From Acidimicrobiales bacterium (GTDB lineage: Bacteria; Actinomycetota; Acidimicrobiia; Acidimicrobiales; CATQHL01): a stretch of DNA of 64,000 bases. The stretch covers positions 1,775,451 to 1,839,450 of the forward strand of contig OZ242194.1 in the NCBI GenBank assembly GCA_965206165.1. Direction: 5' to 3'. This document shows, piece by piece, positions 19,368-31,314 of the stretch. A program made the position numbers and the translations under genes. Numbering within the stretch: the stretch's first letter is position 1; every line of letters starts with the position of its first letter. Below the pieces are notes generated by a model, which saw only the letters and a list, made by a program, of their open reading frames with translations, did no database searches and had not been told where the DNA came from.

Positions 19368-20156
19368 GTGGCGAGTGTCGGCGAACTGGCCGAAGAGATC
19401 CGCCGGGCCCGGCAGTTGGTGGACCGGGCCGAGCGCATCGTCGTGCTGACCGGCGCCGGCATCTCGACCGACTCGGGCATCCCGGACTTCCGCGGTCCGC
19501 AGGGGGTGTGGACCCGCAACCCCGCCGCCGAGGCGAAGGCCCACATCACCAACTACATGAGCGACCCGGAGGTGCGCAAGGAGGTGTGGCGGCAGCGATT
19601 GGCCGAGAACATCCGCGAGCGGCCGCGTCCCAACGCCGGCCACCGGGCGATCGTGGTGCTGGAGCGGCGCGAGAAGCTGCACACCCTCGTCACCCAGAAC
19701 GTGGACGGACTGCACGCCGATGCCGGCACCTCGCCGGGGAGGCTGGTCGAGATCCACGGCACCCGACGGCGGGTCAAGTGCCTGGGTTGCGGTGAGGAGT
19801 GGCCCACGGAGCATGCAACCGAGCGGTTGCGAGCCGGTGAGGAGGATCCGCTCTGCAGGTCCTGCGGCGGCCTGCTGAAGTCGGCGACCGTCTCCTTCGG
19901 GCAGAACCTCGTGATGGCCGATCTCGTGCGAGCCTCCGATGCGGCAACTGCGTGCGACCTCATGCTGGCGGTGGGCAGCACCCTGGGGGTGTACCCGATC
20001 GCGCAGGTGGTGCCGGCGGCCCGCGCGGCGGGCGCCGCCCTCATCATCCTGAATCGTGATCCCACGCCCTTCGACGACCTCGCCGATGTGGTGCTTCGCG
20101 AGTCCATCAGCGAGGTGCTGCCACTCGTGGTTCGGGATCCCGGGGCCGGTTCCTGA
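19368..20156 (+). CDS. NAD-dependent protein deacylase (Sir2 family)
   Basis: The GTG at 19368 follows GGGAGGG. Motifs: GAGISTDSGIPDFRG, QNVDGLH, and Zn cysteines CLGC...CRSC. Confidence 0.9.
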   Translation: MASVGELAEEIRRARQLVDRAERIVVLTGAGISTDSGIPDFRGPQGVWTRNPAAEAKAHITNYMSDPEVRKEVWRQRLAENIRERPRPNAGHRAIVVLERREKLHTLVTQNVDGLHADAGTSPGRLVEIHGTRRRVKCLGCGEEWPTEHATERLRAGEEDPLCRSCGGLLKSATVSFGQNLVMADLVRASDAATACDLMLAVGSTLGVYPIAQVVPAARAAGAALIILNRDPTPFDDLADVVLRESISEVLPLVVRDPGAGS

Positions 20157-20370
20157 GCCGCAGGCGGGGTTCCGCTCGGCTCGGGCGCCGAATCCTGACC
20201 AACTTGGTAGACTTTTGACCGCGGGGGATCCGGCCTCGACAGGGTCCGGTTGACCTCGCCGCCGAACACCCGGGATGGGGGCATTCGACCATTCCGGCGG
20301 CGAACCGAAGGGTCTGAACCCACACGCCCTGACCGGACCGCCCAGCCGACTTGCCCAAGGAGCCGAAGCG

Positions 20371-21549
<1,179 letters not shown>

Positions 21550-21591
21550 CGCACGCGCCGGGCGCCCCAGCGCGACCGGCGCAGCGGGCCG

Positions 21592-24500
21592 CTACCAGAT
21601 GTCGGCGACGTCGGCGGCGGCCTCCTCGGCCAGGTAGCGCCGCCGCCGGGTTACCACCAGCAGCGCCGCGATCAGAACCAGGCCGACGCCCGCCAGAACG
21701 ACGACCGCTGTGTCGTTGGTCACCGAGTCCTGCCATGAGCGGTTGCGAGCCGGCGCCGAGTCGGACGGTGTCACCGGTTCGACCGGTGCCGCCGGTGCTG
21801 CGGTTGACTCGCCCGTCGCAGTGCCGGCCGTGCCGGCCGGCGACGCCGTCGTGGCCGCCGGAGTTGCGGCGCCCTGGTCGCCGGCGGTTGGTGCGATGGC
21901 ATGGTTCGGGGTCGCCTGGGCGGACATGGGCGCGGCCGAGGCACCTACCTCGTTGTTGGCGAGGATCGTGATCGTGTAGGCGGCGCCGCCGATGAGGTTC
22001 TCGATGGTGTGGCTGGTGTGGATCGTGTCGATGGACGTGACCGCTCCGTCGGGCGCCACCCAGGTGAGGGTGTAGGACCGGACCGGCAGACCGCCGTCGT
22101 CGGTCGGGGGTTGCCAGGAGACCAGCAGCGACTCGTGGCCGATGGTGATCTCGGCGTAGGCCAGAGGGCCCGGGGCGCGCGCCGGCGTGGCTCGCACCGG
22201 GTCGGCCGTGACCGAGGTGCCGACCTCGTTCGTGGCCGTGACGGTGATGCCGTAGGTGGCGCCGTTCGTGACGCCCTCGATGGTGTGGCTCGTCCCGGTG
22301 GTGTCCGCCGTCCCGGTCGTGCCGTCGGGCGCCACCCAGAGCAGGGTGTAGCCGGTGACGCGCACTCCCCCGTCGCTGGCGGGGGGATCCCATGCCACGT
22401 GGATCCGTGAGTCGTCGCGGGTGGTTCTCACCGCGACGGGAGCGCCGGGAATGTGGGCCGGTGTCCCGCTGGTGGGCTCGCTGGCCGGCGAGGTGCCGAC
22501 CTCGTTGTCGGCTGTGACGGTGAAGGTGTACGTGGTGCCGTTGGCAAGTCCTTCGAACGTGTGGCTGGTTTGCGTGGTGCCGGCCGATCCGGTCGTCCCG
22601 TCGGGTGCCGTCCAGGTGACGGTGTAGGACAGAACCGGGAGGCCCCCGTCGCTGGTGGGGGGCTGCCAGGTGAGGTCCACACGGCCGTCGCCGCGGTCGA
22701 CGGTAACGGTGGCGGGCGCGCTGGGTGCCGCGGCGGGGGTCGCGGATGCCGGGCCACTGGCCGGCGAGGTTCCGGCGTCGTTGCCGGCGGTCACGGTGAT
22801 GGTGTAGGTGGCGCCGTTGAGGAGGTTCCCCAGGGTGTGGCGCACGTCGGTGGTCTCGATGGTGCCGGTCGCGCCGGTGGAGGAGATCCAGGTGATGGTG
22901 TAGGAGGTGACTCCCAGGCCGCCGTCGTTGCTCGGGGGTTGCCACGAGGCCTCGATCCGACCGTTGCCGCGGGCGGTCGTCACCTCCCGCGGTGCGCCGG
23001 GCGGCGTACCTGGCCGGTGGCTGGCGGGCTCGCTGTGCCCCGAGGTGCCGGCCCGGTTGGTGGCGGTGACGGTCACGGTGTATGTCGATCCGTTGGCCAA
23101 CCCCGTGATGACGAGTTGGGTTGCCTGTGCCGAGGCGAAGCTCGTAACGCCGTCGGGTGCGGTCCAGTACACCGTGTAGGACTCCACGGCCAGCCCGCCG
23201 TCGTTGGCCGGCGGTGACCAGGAGACACCCAGGCGACCGTCGCCTCGCTGCAGTTGCACGTCCCGCGGCCCCCCCGGTGCTCCGAGCGGTGTGGCGTTGG
23301 CGCTGGCCGCGGGCGAGGTGGCTGCGGCGTTGGTGGCGGCGACGCTGATCGTGTAGGTGGCGCCGTTGGCGAGGTTGCGCAGCGTATGGGTGGTGTCGGT
23401 CGTACCGATGGTGCCGGAGGCGCCTGTGGAGGAGGTCCAGGTGAGCGTGTAGCCCGTGATGGGGCTTCCACCGTTGTCGGCCGGTGGCAGCCAGTTCACG
23501 ACGATCTCGCTCGGTCCGGGCGACACCGAGATCGACTGCGGCCCACTCGGTGCTCCGAGCGGTGTGGCGTTGGCGCTGGCCGCGGGCGAGGTGCCTGCGG
23601 CGTTGGTGGCGGTGACGCTGATCGTGTAGGTGGCGCCGTTGGCGAGGTTGCGCAGGGTGCGGGTGGTGTCGGTCGTACCGATGGTGCCGGAGGCACCTGT
23701 GGAGGAGGTCCAGGTGATCGTGTAGCCCGTGATGGGGCTGCCGCCGTTGTCGGCCGGTGGCAGCCAGTTCACGACGAGCTCGTTCGGTCCCGACGAGATC
23801 GAGACCGACTGTGGCGCGCCGGGGGTATTACCGACCGCGGGCGTCGGCGTGGTCGCGGGGGTTGACAGGCTCGGAGGCAGGGAACTGCTCTCGGCGAAGA
23901 CGAACTTGGTCGACAGGAGATGCCCCCCGCGGCCGTCGGCGTTTGGAAGCGGGCCCCAACCTTCGGACTCGGCGCCCTTGTTGACCACGAACACGAAGCG
24001 CTGCCCGGACACTGATTTCGTGCCGGCCGAACCGATCAGCCGCACCGTCGCCCGGTCGATGCGTCCGGAGACGCTGATGTTGCCGGAGACCTCGATGCGC
24101 TGCAGGGTGCCCACGTTGGTGTCGGTCACGCGGGCGAGCCAGCGGCTGAGGGCACCGACGCTGTAGGTGCGGGTCCACGGGGTGTAGGGATCGCTCGAGG
24201 TGTAGGGGTCCTCGACGGCCACCAGGTACGGAAGCTGCTCGTTGAAGGCGTACCCGCTGTTCTCCGTGTACCCGCCCCCGGAGGTCGTGAAGAGTGCGAG
24301 AACCGGCGCGCCGCCGTAGGTGAGAACCTGGCCGGCCGTGTCGGCGACGGCCTGTAGCCAGGGTCCGTTCCGGGCCGACTGCTCTCGTGTGTTGCCGCTG
24401 TAGACCTGACTCTGGGTGTCGTCGTAGAGGTCGAACGGGGCGGTCCAGGTGTCGCTGTTGCGGTTCTCGCGGGCGACGTGGAGCGCATAGGTGCGCGATG

Positions 24501-25221
24501 CCACGGCCTGTGCCCGGAGAGCCTCTACGGGCCAGTCGGGCGGCACCTCGGCCACGCCCCGGAGGTAGTGCTCGAGTTCCAGGTTCGTGAGCACGATGCG
24601 GTACCAGGTGTTTCCGGACAGCTTTGTCAGGGTGATCCGGCCATGCGAGTAGGAGTGGCCGGTGGCCGAGGATTCGACCGCCACACCGTCGGCTGTCCTG
24701 ATCTGCAGGACGTCGCCGCGACAGACCTGGCCACCGCAGAGCGACGTGCCGCCGCTGGTCTCGACCGCCCAGCCGTCACTCTCGCGAACGACGCTGAACA
24801 ACTCGGTGGCCGAGGAGCTGTAGACGGCGGTGCCGTCCAGCACGAGCTCGAACGCGCCGCGTGGCCGGAACCGGCTGCGGCTGGCCGCTGCCAGGTAGAC
24901 CCGCAGGTCGTCCAGATCCCATCCGCCCGTGAGCACGGTGCCGGGGTAGTAGAAGCTCAGGATCTGGCCGGCCGTCTGCCCGGCGGCGATCCGGGCCGGC
25001 AATGACTGGTGGCTGATGCCGACGCCATGGCCCCAGCCGGCGCCGCTGAAGGTCAGGTCATCGTCGGGTGCGAGGGTGGGCGTGCTGAAGCCGGCGCTCT
25101 GCGCGGCCCCAGGTCCGGATAGCGGGAGACTCCACAGCGCCGCAGCCAGCACGACCAGCACTGTCGCCGCGGCCGCAGCGCGACGGCCGGCGCACGGGGC
25201 GCGCCGGGAACGAGGATTCAT
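21592..25221 (-). CDS. Secreted SpoIID/LytB-domain protein with seven FN3 repeats and a C-terminal membrane anchor
   Basis: Signal peptide, then a SpoIID-type region (EHYLRGVAEVPPDWPVEALRAQAVASRTYAL). Seven repeats of about 90 aa follow, with W-x-PP..DGG...Y and Y..V.A.N signatures. The C-terminus has a hydrophobic helix followed by RRRR. Confidence 0.85.
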   Translation of the reverse strand: MNPRSRRAPCAGRRAAAAATVLVVLAAALWSLPLSGPGAAQSAGFSTPTLAPDDDLTFSGAGWGHGVGISHQSLPARIAAGQTAGQILSFYYPGTVLTGGWDLDDLRVYLAAASRSRFRPRGAFELVLDGTAVYSSSATELFSVVRESDGWAVETSGGTSLCGGQVCRGDVLQIRTADGVAVESSATGHSYSHGRITLTKLSGNTWYRIVLTNLELEHYLRGVAEVPPDWPVEALRAQAVASRTYALHVARENRNSDTWTAPFDLYDDTQSQVYSGNTREQSARNGPWLQAVADTAGQVLTYGGAPVLALFTTSGGGYTENSGYAFNEQLPYLVAVEDPYTSSDPYTPWTRTYSVGALSRWLARVTDTNVGTLQRIEVSGNISVSGRIDRATVRLIGSAGTKSVSGQRFVFVVNKGAESEGWGPLPNADGRGGHLLSTKFVFAESSSLPPSLSTPATTPTPAVGNTPGAPQSVSISSGPNELVVNWLPPADNGGSPITGYTITWTSSTGASGTIGTTDTTRTLRNLANGATYTISVTATNAAGTSPAASANATPLGAPSGPQSISVSPGPSEIVVNWLPPADNGGSPITGYTLTWTSSTGASGTIGTTDTTHTLRNLANGATYTISVAATNAAATSPAASANATPLGAPGGPRDVQLQRGDGRLGVSWSPPANDGGLAVESYTVYWTAPDGVTSFASAQATQLVITGLANGSTYTVTVTATNRAGTSGHSEPASHRPGTPPGAPREVTTARGNGRIEASWQPPSNDGGLGVTSYTITWISSTGATGTIETTDVRHTLGNLLNGATYTITVTAGNDAGTSPASGPASATPAAAPSAPATVTVDRGDGRVDLTWQPPTSDGGLPVLSYTVTWTAPDGTTGSAGTTQTSHTFEGLANGTTYTFTVTADNEVGTSPASEPTSGTPAHIPGAPVAVRTTRDDSRIHVAWDPPASDGGVRVTGYTLLWVAPDGTTGTADTTGTSHTIEGVTNGATYGITVTATNEVGTSVTADPVRATPARAPGPLAYAEITIGHESLLVSWQPPTDDGGLPVRSYTLTWVAPDGAVTSIDTIHTSHTIENLIGGAAYTITILANNEVGASAAPMSAQATPNHAIAPTAGDQGAATPAATTASPAGTAGTATGESTAAPAAPVEPVTPSDSAPARNRSWQDSVTNDTAVVVLAGVGLVLIAALLVVTRRRRYLAEEAAADVADIW
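23276..23821 (-). repeat. Near-identical tandem duplication (2 x 273 bp) encoding FN3 repeats 1 and 2
   Basis: The unit starting GGTGCTCCGAGCGGTGTGGCGTTGGCGCTGGCCGCGGGCGAGGTG recurs at 23276 and 23549 with only scattered substitutions. Confidence 0.8.
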
Positions 25222-25431
25222 GGAAAGTTGTATCCGAAGTCGTCACCACCCCTTGCCACTGACATCATCGCCCACATCCACCACTTTTGCAACAGATATG
25301 ACCCTTCTCGGTCGGCTTGTCGAGCACCCATCGCACCGCCGATCGCACGGGAAGGCCGGACCCGAGACTAGGTGGAGCCAACGCCTCACTCGTGTCAATC
25401 GTCGGCGACCGCCGGGAAGTACACTCCGCCC

Positions 25432-26412
<981 letters not shown>

Positions 26413-26422
26413 TCTGACCCAC

Positions 26423-27781
26423 GTGCGGGCGCGCCGATTTTGCATCGTGGGTGGCGGCCCGGCCGGCAACTCGTGCGCGTCCGTGGCTGCTCGTCTGGGG
26501 GCCGAGGTCACCCTGATCGAGCAGGACGTTCTCGGCGGCGCTGCCAACCTCTGGGATTGCATCCCGTCCAAGGCCATGATTGCCGCGGGCGGCGTGATGT
26601 CGTTCGTCTACCGCGCCACAGGCATGGGACTGGATCCCGTGACGCCCACCATGGATCTCGACGGCCTGCGGGAGCACATCGAATCCATCCAGCGGCGGTT
26701 GAACGAGTCGCTGCACCAGATGCTGGTGAGCCAGGGTGTCGATATCGTCCGCGGCACCGGGTCGTTCGTGGGGCCGCACGAGGTGGTTGCCGAGACGGCC
26801 GACGGTCGACTGGAGATCACTGCTGATGTGATCGTGCTGGCCACCGGCAGCCGCCCTCGCATCCCTGACTGGTGCACGCCCGACGGTCGCCGGGTTCTCA
26901 CCACCCGCCAGGCGTACCCGCCGCCGGAGGTGCCGCAGCACCTCGTGATCATCGGCTCGGGCGTGACCGGCGTGGAGTTCGTCCACATGTTCAAGAGCTT
27001 CGGCAGCGACGTGACCCTCATCGTGAGTCGACAGCAGGTCCTGCCCGGGAAGGACCCAGAGGTCGCCGCTCTGCTCGAGGAGAGCTTCTTGACCCGCAAG
27101 GTGAACCTCTACAAGGGAGCGCGGGCCAGTGCGATCGACATCCACGACGACGGTGTGGCGGTTCGCTGTAACGACGGACGGGTTGCCAACGGCACGCACG
27201 CCTTGCTGGCCGTCGGAGCGAACCCCAACTCCGAGAACCTCTCTCTGGCGGCGGCCGGTGTCGAGTCCGACGGTGGTTACGTGGTGATCGACCACAACTG
27301 CCGCAGTTCGGTGCCCCACATCTACGCCGCCGGCGACCTCACCGGTATGGCCCTGCTCTCATCGGTCGCAGCCATGCAGGGCCGCAAGATCGCCGAGCAC
27401 GCCATGGGCCTGCACCACAATCGCCCGCACCGCCACATCGACTACAGCCAGGCCGCTTCGGCGGTGTTCACCGAGCCCGAGATCGCCGAGGTGGGACTCA
27501 CCGAGGCGGAGGCGACGGGCCGGAAGATCCGGGTCACCAAGATGCCGTTCTCGGTTACCCCGAAAGCTCTCATCAACAACGACCCGCGGGGCTTCCTGAA
27601 GTTGGTGTCCGATCCCGCAACGGGTGTCGTGCTGGGCGGGTCCATCGTCGGCGGGCAGGCCGCCGAGTTGATCTCGGTCGTGGCGCTGGCCGTGACCGCC
27701 CGGCTCACGGTCACCGACATCGCCGAGACACTCTTCGCCCACCCGACGCTGTCCGAAGCCCTCGGCGACGCTGCCGAGTAA
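26423..27781 (+). CDS. Pyridine nucleotide-disulfide oxidoreductase, LpdA(Rv3303c)-like NAD(P)H dehydrogenase
   Basis: FAD motif VGGGPAGN. The position of the usual CxxxxC holds only one Cys (GGAANLWDCIPSK). The C-terminal dimerisation domain contains HPTLSE. Confidence 0.85.
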   Translation: MRARRFCIVGGGPAGNSCASVAARLGAEVTLIEQDVLGGAANLWDCIPSKAMIAAGGVMSFVYRATGMGLDPVTPTMDLDGLREHIESIQRRLNESLHQMLVSQGVDIVRGTGSFVGPHEVVAETADGRLEITADVIVLATGSRPRIPDWCTPDGRRVLTTRQAYPPPEVPQHLVIIGSGVTGVEFVHMFKSFGSDVTLIVSRQQVLPGKDPEVAALLEESFLTRKVNLYKGARASAIDIHDDGVAVRCNDGRVANGTHALLAVGANPNSENLSLAAAGVESDGGYVVIDHNCRSSVPHIYAAGDLTGMALLSSVAAMQGRKIAEHAMGLHHNRPHRHIDYSQAASAVFTEPEIAEVGLTEAEATGRKIRVTKMPFSVTPKALINNDPRGFLKLVSDPATGVVLGGSIVGGQAAELISVVALAVTARLTVTDIAETLFAHPTLSEALGDAAE

Positions 27782-27877
27782 CGCTTGTCCGAGTTGCGGC
27801 GTCACCGACGCGGCCGAAACTCCCTGCGACACTGACGCTCCCTGGGACACTGATTCCCGAGTTGTCGAGCACCTCCG

Positions 27878-28387
27878 ATGAGCACTCCACCGCACCCGGG
27901 CGACGACCCGCCCACCGAACCCGAGGATTTCGTGCTGCAGGAGCCGCTGGGGTCGCTGCTGGCGCGTTTGGCCGCCCGACTGTTCGACGCGGCGCTGATG
28001 CTCCTGGCCGTGCTGGCGAGCGTTCCACTGCCTGACGGCGGACGCTTCGCCGTCCTGGTGGCGGTGCCGATCCTCTACGACACCATCATGGTGGCGACCG
28101 CCGGGCGGACGATCGGCAAGATGATCATGGGGCTCCACGTGGTGCGCCGCCACGACGGGGCCCGCCCCGAGTGGCTGCCGGCACTGGCCCGAGGCGCTCC
28201 GGCGGGCATCCTGGCGGCCGGCCCGCAGTTCGCCGCCATGATGATGGTGCTGTGCATCCTGCCGATGGTCGGCGACACCCGCCTGCAGCGCAGCCTGCAG
28301 GATCGCATCGCCCGCACCGTCGTCGTGCAGCGCCAGCGCCCCTGGGGAGGCCGATCCGCAGCAGGATCCGGCCGAGGCGCGACCTGA
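27878..28387 (+). CDS. RDD family membrane protein
   Basis: 169 aa with an RLAARLFDAALM... pattern, TM helices, and the R..D..D spacing typical of RDD proteins. Confidence 0.7.
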   Translation: MSTPPHPGDDPPTEPEDFVLQEPLGSLLARLAARLFDAALMLLAVLASVPLPDGGRFAVLVAVPILYDTIMVATAGRTIGKMIMGLHVVRRHDGARPEWLPALARGAPAGILAAGPQFAAMMMVLCILPMVGDTRLQRSLQDRIARTVVVQRQRPWGGRSAAGSGRGAT

Positions 28388-28529
28388 CTCCGAGTCGACA
28401 GGCACCCGCCACCCGGGCCGTGCTGGAGCGGCCCGCGGGCTGCGCTACGCGCGCGACACGACTCTGAGCCGACAGGCCCCCACCACACCCGGCTAGTGGG
28501 CGCACCGCCGCAACTCAGGCGTCAGTGTG

Positions 28530-29420
28530 TTACTTCTGCTGCGAGCTGAAGATCGTGGGGAGACCCTTGCGTGCAAAGTCGGGGGCACCATGCATCTGGC
28601 GGCCGTCGATGGTGAGCATCTGGGACGCCTCGCCGCCGCAGATGCGGCCACCGTGCGAGTCGAGGATGCCATTCAAGCCGATCTGGTTGACGGGGTAGGA
28701 GTCGAGGGCCGAGTAGGTCTGCAGCAGCAGCGGGCGAGGTCGCGGCGAGTTGTTCGGCAGCGAGCCGTGAATCATGCAGCAGTTGTGGACGGTCACCGAC
28801 CCCACGGGGCCGCCGAGGTACACCATCCGGTCGAGGTCCAGCCCGGCAACGTCGGCATCGTTCAAGGCGCCGGCCCAGGAGCCGTCGGCTCCGTACAGGT
28901 CGTAGAGCGGACCGAGATGGCTGCCGGGCAGCACCCCCATCGGCGCCATGTCTGCGTCGACGTCGCTGAGGTAGACGCCAATCGTGAGCGGTGTGAAATC
29001 GGTGTGGGGCCAGAACTGGATGTCCTGGTGCCATTTCACCTCCGCGCCGCCGTCGGACCACTTGAAGTTGAGCTTGGAGTGGTGATACCGGACCGGTCCG
29101 CCCAGCAACGCCGATGCGAGTTGCGCAGGTGGGCCCTCGAACGTGAACCGTGCATACGTCGGGTGCCGGTCGACCGGGTAGTTGAGGCGCCGCAGCCTCG
29201 GGGCCTGCGCGGTGTGCGCTGGTTCGAGATCAAAGACCGTGCCCGAGGAGGTCTCCGAACGGCTGGCCTCGGTGAACTCCGCGGTGACGGCATTGAGCTC
29301 GTCGAGCCACTCGGGTCCGACAAAGCCCGGCAGGCACAGGTAGCCGTTCGCCTCGTACTCGGCGCGTTGACGGTCCGAGATGAGACCTGCTGCGTTTGGG
29401 GGTGCTTCTGCGAGCGTCAT
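28530..29420 (-). CDS. Phytanoyl-CoA dioxygenase (PhyH) family Fe(II)/2-OG oxygenase
   Basis: N-terminus YEANGYLCLPGF, an H-x-D motif (WHQD) and a later His, in a PhyH-like arrangement. Confidence 0.8.
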   Translation of the reverse strand: MTLAEAPPNAAGLISDRQRAEYEANGYLCLPGFVGPEWLDELNAVTAEFTEASRSETSSGTVFDLEPAHTAQAPRLRRLNYPVDRHPTYARFTFEGPPAQLASALLGGPVRYHHSKLNFKWSDGGAEVKWHQDIQFWPHTDFTPLTIGVYLSDVDADMAPMGVLPGSHLGPLYDLYGADGSWAGALNDADVAGLDLDRMVYLGGPVGSVTVHNCCMIHGSLPNNSPRPRPLLLQTYSALDSYPVNQIGLNGILDSHGGRICGGEASQMLTIDGRQMHGAPDFARKGLPTIFSSQQK

Positions 29421-29522
29421 GACCCAACCCTACCGGGCGAGGCTTTCTCGAATCTGTGTGCAGATTTGCCGCCGCACAGCGCGGCACCCAGGTCCTCGCT
29501 GCCGCTGCCTACGCTGAGGGCC

Positions 29523-30065
29523 GTGTTCATCCTCCTGCTCCTGGCGTTGCTGGGCATTCCGGTGGCGGAGATCTTCTTCATCATCCGGGTGACCCGCGAC
29601 CTGGGCATCCCCGAGACCATCGGTCTGCTGGTGGCGGTGTCGGTCGCCGGGGCGTGGTTGGTGCGCCGCTCCGGCCTCGGCGTGTTGCGTCAGATCCGGG
29701 AGCGGAGCGCCCGCGGCGAGATCCCCGGGAAGGAACTCGTCGACGGTCTGCTCATCCTGGTCGGCGGCCTGTTGATGCTGACACCGGGTTTCCTGACCGA
29801 CGCCGTGGGTCTTCTGCTCCTCGTTCCCCCGACCCGGCTGGCGCTACGGGGGCTGCTGGTCCGCAGGTACAGCAAGAGACTCCGGGTCGCCGGCTGGACC
29901 GCCGGTCCAGGCCTCTTCGGCGGTTTCGGCGGAGGCGGGGGGCGCCACGGGTCGAGCGGGTTCGGATTCGACACCGGGTCGGGTCGAGACGATGTTCGCG
30001 ACGTCAGAGAGCCTCGTGCGCTTCGTAAGGGTCGAAGACGCAGGGAGAAACCCGGCGGCAGCTAG
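29523..30065 (+). CDS. fxsA: FxsA family membrane protein
   Basis: From GTG 29523 the product reads VFILLLLALLGIPVAEIFFIIRV...LTPGFLTDAVGLLLLVPPTR, typical of FxsA/UPF0716. The upstream part of the long ORF is antisense to the PhyH gene. Confidence 0.75.
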   Translation: MFILLLLALLGIPVAEIFFIIRVTRDLGIPETIGLLVAVSVAGAWLVRRSGLGVLRQIRERSARGEIPGKELVDGLLILVGGLLMLTPGFLTDAVGLLLLVPPTRLALRGLLVRRYSKRLRVAGWTAGPGLFGGFGGGGGRHGSSGFGFDTGSGRDDVRDVREPRALRKGRRRREKPGGS

Positions 30066-30125
30066 ACCCAGAGCGGCTGGTGATGTTCAGGTCGCTGGCG
30101 AGGGCCGCTCCGCCCGAGCCGCTCA

Positions 30126-31163
30126 TCAGGCCGGTAGTTCCGCCCGCACGATGGCTGCCCCGGCGGCGAGCGCCGACAGCTTGGCGAAGGCGACTTCGCG
30201 TGACAGGTATTTCATGCCGCAGTCGGGGGCACAGATGAGCCGCTCCGCCGGCACGTACTGCAGGGCCTCGCGGATTCGCTGTGCGACCGTCTCCGGCGTC
30301 TCCACCTCGGCGTCGCCGTTGTCGATCACGCCGAGCACGACGGTCTTGTCGGGCAGCTTCGCGAGGATGTCCAGGTCGATCCCAGGTTGCGCAGCTTCGA
30401 TGGAGATCTGATCGATGGCGCTGGCGTTCAGCTCCGGCAGGAAGGCGTAGGCGTCCGGCTTCCCGAGCCCCCGCCAGGCGTGGATGGCCGCGTACCCGAA
30501 GCACATGTGCAGCACGGTCGTCCCGGTGACCCCGTCGAGCGCCTCGTCGAGCACCTCGACCGCGTACTGGGAGGCCTTTTCGGGTTTGGCCTGCATGTAC
30601 GGCTCGTCGAGTTGCACGACGTCGGCCCCGGCGTCGAAGAGGTCCTTGATCTCCCGGTTGACCGCCTTGGCGTAGTCGGAGGCCGCCTTCCGCTCGTCGC
30701 CGTAGTGATCGTCCTGGGCCTGCTGGATCAGCGTGAACGGTCCGGGCAGGGTGAGCTTGATGGTGCGAGTGCTGTGGGCTCCCAGCAACTCGAGGTCACG
30801 CACGCCGATCGGCTCGGGCCGGGTGATCGGCCCGGCGATGCGAGGGACGGGATTCGGCTTGCCCGTGCGATCCATGGCGCTGCCGTGGTGGTCGGGGTCG
30901 ATGCCGCCGAGGGCGGTGGCAAAGCGGTTCGAGTAGCTCTCGCGCCGGATCTCGCCGTCGGTGAGGATGTCGATGCCGGCGCGCTCCATGTCCCCGATCG
31001 CCACGATGGTGGCGTCGTCCTGGGCCTCGGTGAGGAATTCCGGCGCGACCCGCCAGAGCTCCCTCGCCCGCACCCGGGGCGGGAGGCGGGTCAGCAGCGC
31101 GGGCCGATCGATCAGCCAGTCCGGCTGCGGGTAGCTCCCCACCACGGCAGTCGGCAACAGCAC
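30126..31163 (-). CDS. Cobalamin-independent methionine synthase family protein (MetE C-terminal-domain-like, about 345 aa)
   Basis: LPTAVVGSYPQPDWL at the N-terminus, and Zn ligand regions (HMCFG, CAPDCGMK). Confidence 0.85.
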   Translation of the reverse strand: MLLPTAVVGSYPQPDWLIDRPALLTRLPPRVRARELWRVAPEFLTEAQDDATIVAIGDMERAGIDILTDGEIRRESYSNRFATALGGIDPDHHGSAMDRTGKPNPVPRIAGPITRPEPIGVRDLELLGAHSTRTIKLTLPGPFTLIQQAQDDHYGDERKAASDYAKAVNREIKDLFDAGADVVQLDEPYMQAKPEKASQYAVEVLDEALDGVTGTTVLHMCFGYAAIHAWRGLGKPDAYAFLPELNASAIDQISIEAAQPGIDLDILAKLPDKTVVLGVIDNGDAEVETPETVAQRIREALQYVPAERLICAPDCGMKYLSREVAFAKLSALAAGAAIVRAELPA

Positions 31164-31314
31164 GCAGCCGAGCCTAATGGACCGCGCTTGTCTACCTGGC
31201 CGTCAACCGCCCACCGAGCACCGTCGCGCTGCTGGCTGCCGGCAGGCGTGCGCGGCGGTGATCGGGCCGTCGCTCACCCGACGACGGATCCAAGCCCGCA
31301 GCGGTCTGCGCGGT

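Noticed and set aside
28527-29522. The upstream two-thirds of the 512-aa plus-strand ORF that ends as FxsA.
   Set aside because: This part is antisense to the well-supported PhyH gene and has no recognisable motifs. FxsA-like sequence begins only at about 29523, where an in-frame GTG exists.
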